From Phaeosaccion multiseriatum (lineage: Eukaryota > Protista > Ochrophyta, other classes), in NCBI GenBank assembly GCA_965112735.1, contig OZ218957.1:2666001-2730000 (forward strand): a DNA stretch of 64,000 bases. Direction: 5' to 3'. Both the position numbers and the translations under genes were made by a program. This document shows positions 59,794-64,000 of this stretch, piece by piece. Every line of letters starts with the position of its first letter. The first letter of the stretch is position 1. Below the pieces are notes generated by a model. It made no database searches. It saw only the letters and a program-made list of their open reading frames with translations, and was not told the DNA's origin.

Positions 59794-62700
59794 GAGAGAG
59801 GGAGAGAGAGAGGCGAAAGGTCAAGCGCGAGGGGGCACGCGCACATGCACACGCACAGTCATACAGGCACACACACGCGCACACAAGCTCACGTACGCAC
59901 ACGTGCGCACGCCCGCACGCACGATGGAGCTCCTCCTCTTGCCCCCCCCCCGGTCCCACCCACTCACCCACACACACACACACCACCTCAATAACTCCCA
60001 CACGCACTCACACTCCCACACCCTCAACAACCCTACAGAGGAAGGCAGTCTGTGGTTCGACTCACAACACGCACCCACAGCACGGAGACACTGACTGACT
60101 GACTGACTGACTGACTGACTGACTGACTGACTGACTGACTGACTGACTGACTGACTGACTGACTGACTGACTGACTGACTGACTGACTGACCTGCGGGAA
60201 GCGGATGCACTTGTCCCCGTCGTAGAAGAAGATCGTCATGGTCTTCCTGTGGGAGTTTAAGAGTTGCCGTTACAGATTTCAGCTTATGGACACCTCCCCC
60301 CACCCAGATGATTTGTGTTGTCAATCAATCAAAATTGGACGAAATGTCGATGATCGACAAGCTCCCTCCACATCGACCTCACACACAATAAAGATCGAAT
60401 AAATAACTGTACTGTTGGAAATTGATCGTGGAGAAAGAAAGGTCTCTGAGTGAAACATAAAACAACGTTGAAACTCAGACACAAACTACCCGAAGCTCCA
60501 ACCTGTCCAGGAACATGATGGTGGCCCTCTCGCAATTGATGGTGGTGACGAACTCTTCCAAAACCTCGTCCTTCAGCGCCTTGAGGTCTCGCACAAGCGC
60601 GTTCTTACGTAAGGCCATGTCGCCGTACTCCTTGGCACGTTGCCGAGCCAGGGCGGCAGGATCAATGGAGGAGGGGTCGGAGGCGTTGAGGTTGCTCATG
60701 GAGCTTCGGCGGCGGGTGCTCTTTGGTCCTCCTCCGCCACTGGTGGCTGTGTGTATGTGTAAGAAGCAAAAGAGGGGAAGTAGAAGGGAATGAAAGGAAG
60801 GAGGGAAGGAAGGAGGGAAGGAGGGAAGGAAGGAAGAAAGGAAGGAAGGAACGGAGGAAGAACGGAAGCAAGGAAGGAAGGAGGGAAGCAAGCAAGGAAG
60901 GAAGGAAGCAAGCAAGCAAGGAAGGAAGGAAGGAAGGAAGGAAGGAAGGAAGAAAGGAAGGAAGGAAGGAAGGAAGGAAGGAAGGAAGGAAGGAAGGAAG
61001 GAAGGAAGGAAGGAAGGAAGGAAGGAAGAAATGGAGGGAGGGAGGAAGGAAGGAAGGAAGGAAGAAAGGGAGGAAGGAAGGAAGGAAGGAAGGAAGGAAG
61101 GAAGGAAGGAATCAGACAAGGTCATGAGAGTGGAACACAAGGGGGACAAGTTGGATGTACAGCGGTTGAGCGGTTCGTTGCAGCATCACTCATCGACACA
61201 TGGTGTAGGCATATCGGCACGACAGCTGAAGTTCTTGCAGGGAGACAGGAGAGGTGGTTGGGGGTTGGGTGGGGGGGGGGGTTCAAGCACATCCTCACCT
61301 CCCGCCCCCCCTCCCTCAGGTCTGAAGGGGAAATGTGGCTGACCCCATACCCCAAATTAGTAAGACCAGACGCATAGAGCACCACATCACACTTTAGAAA
61401 TCGCTGTCATCTCCACTCAACCCCCTTCACATCTTCCAGTTGCTTGACATCCCGTACTCCGAGCTCATAAGCTCTACTATATACACTCGACTCCCACACC
61501 CCAACCAACCCTAACCCTAGCCTCATCCGCAACCCCTCACAGACAAAAGGAAAGCAAAGCAATGCCGTCAGTCCCTGTGTGGTATTAGATGGAGCAGCGG
61601 TCTTGGCAAAGATCATAAAAGGAGAAGAGGGGAAGAAGAAAAGCAAAATCATCCTCCACAACCCCTCCCTGTTGTGAGAGTGCCAATAGGACGGCAGTGG
61701 AAGGGAGGTCTGATGGACGGATGGATGGCAGTGGATGGAGAGATACAGGGAGACGCAGATACGCACCCGTGCCCGGCCGCCCCTCCCTTCCCCCCGTAGA
61801 CTCTGGGAGGCTTCCCCTCCTCTCCGTGAGGCTTCCTCTCCTCCTGAGCTGCTCCACCCCAGCTGCCGAGTCGCGCCGCACGCTCGCCCTCGACTTTTCG
61901 ATGGCATCCCATGTGGAGGTCATATCGTATTCCTCGTTATTGCTCCCGCTACCGCCGCTGCCGCTGTCTCGCCTAGCCCCGCTGCCTCTCCGTTGTGAGC
62001 TGTGCTGCTGCCGCTGCTGCTGTTGTTGTTGTTGTTGTTGCTGTTGCTGCTGTTGCTCCTGGGCCAGGGCTTCCTCACTTCGCAGCAGGGGAAAGCTCGC
62101 GGGGGCTCCTAGCTCCTGCCCCTCCTCGTCTTCATCCGGCCCCGTCGGAGTCGGCACGAGCGTGTCAAGGGGGAAATCACTGTAGGCTGTCAAGCTGTTC
62201 GCCGTCGACTTTCGCCGTAGTAGGTCGAGTGTGTGGTTGGTGGCAGGGGCTCCAAAGACCGCGTCTTGTCGTGCTTTGGCCGCATCCAAGGGCTCTGTGC
62301 TGTATGCAGAGGGTAGCACAGGAAGGTTGGGGATCTCTCGGATTCGCGCCATTATCATCTTAGGAGGGAGGGAGGGAGGGAGGGAGGGAGGGAGGGAGGG
62401 AGAGGGAGAGAGGGAAGGGAGGGAGGAGAGGGAGGGGAGGGAGGGGGGAGAGAGAGAGGGGGGGGAGGAGGAGGGGGGAGAAAGAGAAAGAGAAGGGGGG
62501 GGGGTGGGGGAGGAGAGAGACAGAGGAGAACAGCGGGGGTTGGACTGACTGAGCTACAAAATCTCTCTGCTCTTCTTGAAAGTGTATCGCATTTGCATGG
62601 CAAACCTATGCTTTCCTTTGTCTCTGCTAGACCCTGCTGCTGCTTCTAAGGGTGGTGCAGTCACACACCATTCCGCGGAGTGGTAGACACAACGATAGCA

Positions 62701-63045
62701 GCATGGCACAGCAGCATAGCGCGCAGCAAAGCTTCAGCAGGCCTTCCATACATCAAAGCCACACCAAACCCACTTTTGCGATAGCAACAGCTTCTTCCCA
62801 AGAAAGAAGCCCCCTTCCCTACATACCTTCTGGTGGTCGAACTGTGTGATGTTCATCTGACTGAGGTTCTGTTGAAGGAGCTTGCGCAGCTTGTCCACCT
62901 TCAGCGCTCTGCCCCTCTTGTCGCCCACATTAGTTAAGAGAGCTCCCCTATATTGCTTCAGCACATCCGCATTCTCAGACCCGATGAGCACGTCCGGGTC
63001 TATCAGCGCCCCCTCATTGGCGAATAATGTGGTGATGATCGGCAT
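58061..63045 (-). CDS. Single GAF-domain protein with long low-complexity N-terminus and no recognisable output domain
   Basis: [12 protein letters not shown] / [13 protein letters not shown] / [27 protein letters not shown] / [14 protein letters not shown] / [16 protein letters not shown]. This is a PDE-type GAF signature with NK..F..D. The start MPIITTLF is inferred. Confidence 0.85.
58894..59143. repeat. Five degenerate copies of a hairpin-cored unit (CATATCCATCGGGAGATGGCAGTC) in an intron
   Basis: Copies near 58894, 58970, 59041, 59089 and 59120, with a CCATC...GATGG inverted core. Confidence 0.75.
60090..60191. repeat. (GACT)n microsatellite starting exactly at a GTCAGT splice donor on the minus strand
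   Basis: The minus strand reads CCGCAG|GTCAGTCAGTCAGT..., about 25 units. Confidence 0.95.
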
Positions 63046-63541
63046 CACTCTGATTGCTGTAGCCTTCTCTTCCCACCCTCGCTGAACGTTACGGAAAATG
63101 TGCAACTTGAAACTCAAACTCTACGTCTACTTCAAAAGTAGAGCTCTGCCAGATTTATTTCCGGCCGACTTCCTCTCTACTCCGACACTAACTTAACTCC
63201 CACTCTAAGCAAGCGTAGAGAAGAAGCTACAGTCTCGAAAAGGAGTGTATCACCTTCTTCTTCTCTCACGGACGAGAAGCTAGCGTACAATAACGTGCAC
63301 TGAGAGGGAAAGAGGCCTGTTGCCTCTACCACTCTCTTCGCTCTCGACTCCCCCTCTTTCCCTCTCTCTCTCTAGTCGGTAGGACTTCAGAGCTGGAGAG
63401 GCTTTGGGCCGTTTTTGGTGGGGGTGCATCAGAAGGGCTGGCTTCGATGCGGGGAGACGCAGCAGCAGCACCGCGCCGTGGGAGGTAGCAGTGATAACGT
63501 GAGGGAGGAGACCGGAAGGAGGTTGTAAACCAAGGGTGAGA

Positions 63542-64000
63542 ATGAGCGCCAGTGATGTGAACCGAGTGGTGCTGGCCTACCTGAAGCACCAGGGATTCGC
63601 CTCCGCACACGACAAGCTACAGGAGGAACTGAAAAGAGCAAAGGATGTGGGCGGAGGAGGAGCTGCTGCTGTGGCGGGGGCGTCAGTGGGTGGAGGTGGA
63701 GGTGTATTAACGTCTTCTGTACAAGAGTTCGCCGTGCGGCAGGGGGGCAGTATGACCCGAGCACAAGTGGGGGACGTGGTCCTTCACTGGGGGCTGCTAC
63801 AGGGGGACCCTGTCAATATCGAGAAGGCCCTCTCCACCCTGATGGACTGGATCACCGACTCCCTCCCTGCCTACCGCATGGAGCTGCAGAGCGTGGCCTT
63901 TCCGGTCTTTGCGCACTGCTACTTGGACCTAGTGGAGAAGGGATGCGGGACCCGAGAGGCAGCGAGGATGATGAACACATGGGGCAGAGACCACCGCGAG
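63542..64000 (+). CDS. TAF5: Transcription initiation factor TFIID subunit 5, N-terminal part (LisH and NTD2); truncated by the window
   Basis: MSASDVNRVVLAYLKHQGF..LQEE (LisH), then LMDWITDSLPAYRMELQSVAFPVFAHCYLDLVEKG (TFIID NTD2 pattern). Confidence 0.88.
   Translation, partial: MSASDVNRVVLAYLKHQGFASAHDKLQEELKRAKDVGGGGAAAVAGASVGGGGGVLTSSVQEFAVRQGGSMTRAQVGDVVLHWGLLQGDPVNIEKALSTLMDWITDSLPAYRMELQSVAFPVFAHCYLDLVEKGCGTREAARMMNTWGRDHRE

Overview
Gene-dense eukaryotic genomic DNA. It is GC-rich, with GT-AG introns packed with (GGGA)n, (GGAA)n, (GAGT)n, (GT)n and (CT)n microsatellites. Intron style and gene content suggest an ochrophyte/stramenopile alga, possibly a eustigmatophyte (inference only). 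Gene models were spliced by hand, so exon boundaries are predictions. In order: a soluble adenylyl cyclase-like gene with a STAND NTPase (cut by the window edge); three paralogous uncharacterised single-pass membrane genes with a shared beta-rich domain; an LRRC46-like gene; a kinesin-1 heavy chain; a 19-exon, roughly 4,000-aa gene combining about five degenerate GAF-like domains with Sfi1-like Trp repeats; a small Cys/Asp-rich protein; a 3R-Myb; a Cys-rich membrane protein; argininosuccinate synthase; a stand-alone GAF protein; and the start of TAF5. Four damaged copies of a CPW-type ankyrin gene, a 317-bp foldback element and a TTAA-flanked piggyBac-type MITE are interspersed. The most unusual signal is a 9-bp core, TATCACCAA, usually set inside CTG/CAG tracts. 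By manual count it occurs 13 times exactly and 6 times with one mismatch, in both orientations, in introns and in four different coding contexts, mostly between 27 and 43 kb. This points to a DNA-level element rather than a protein motif. No tRNA, rRNA or CRISPR was seen.
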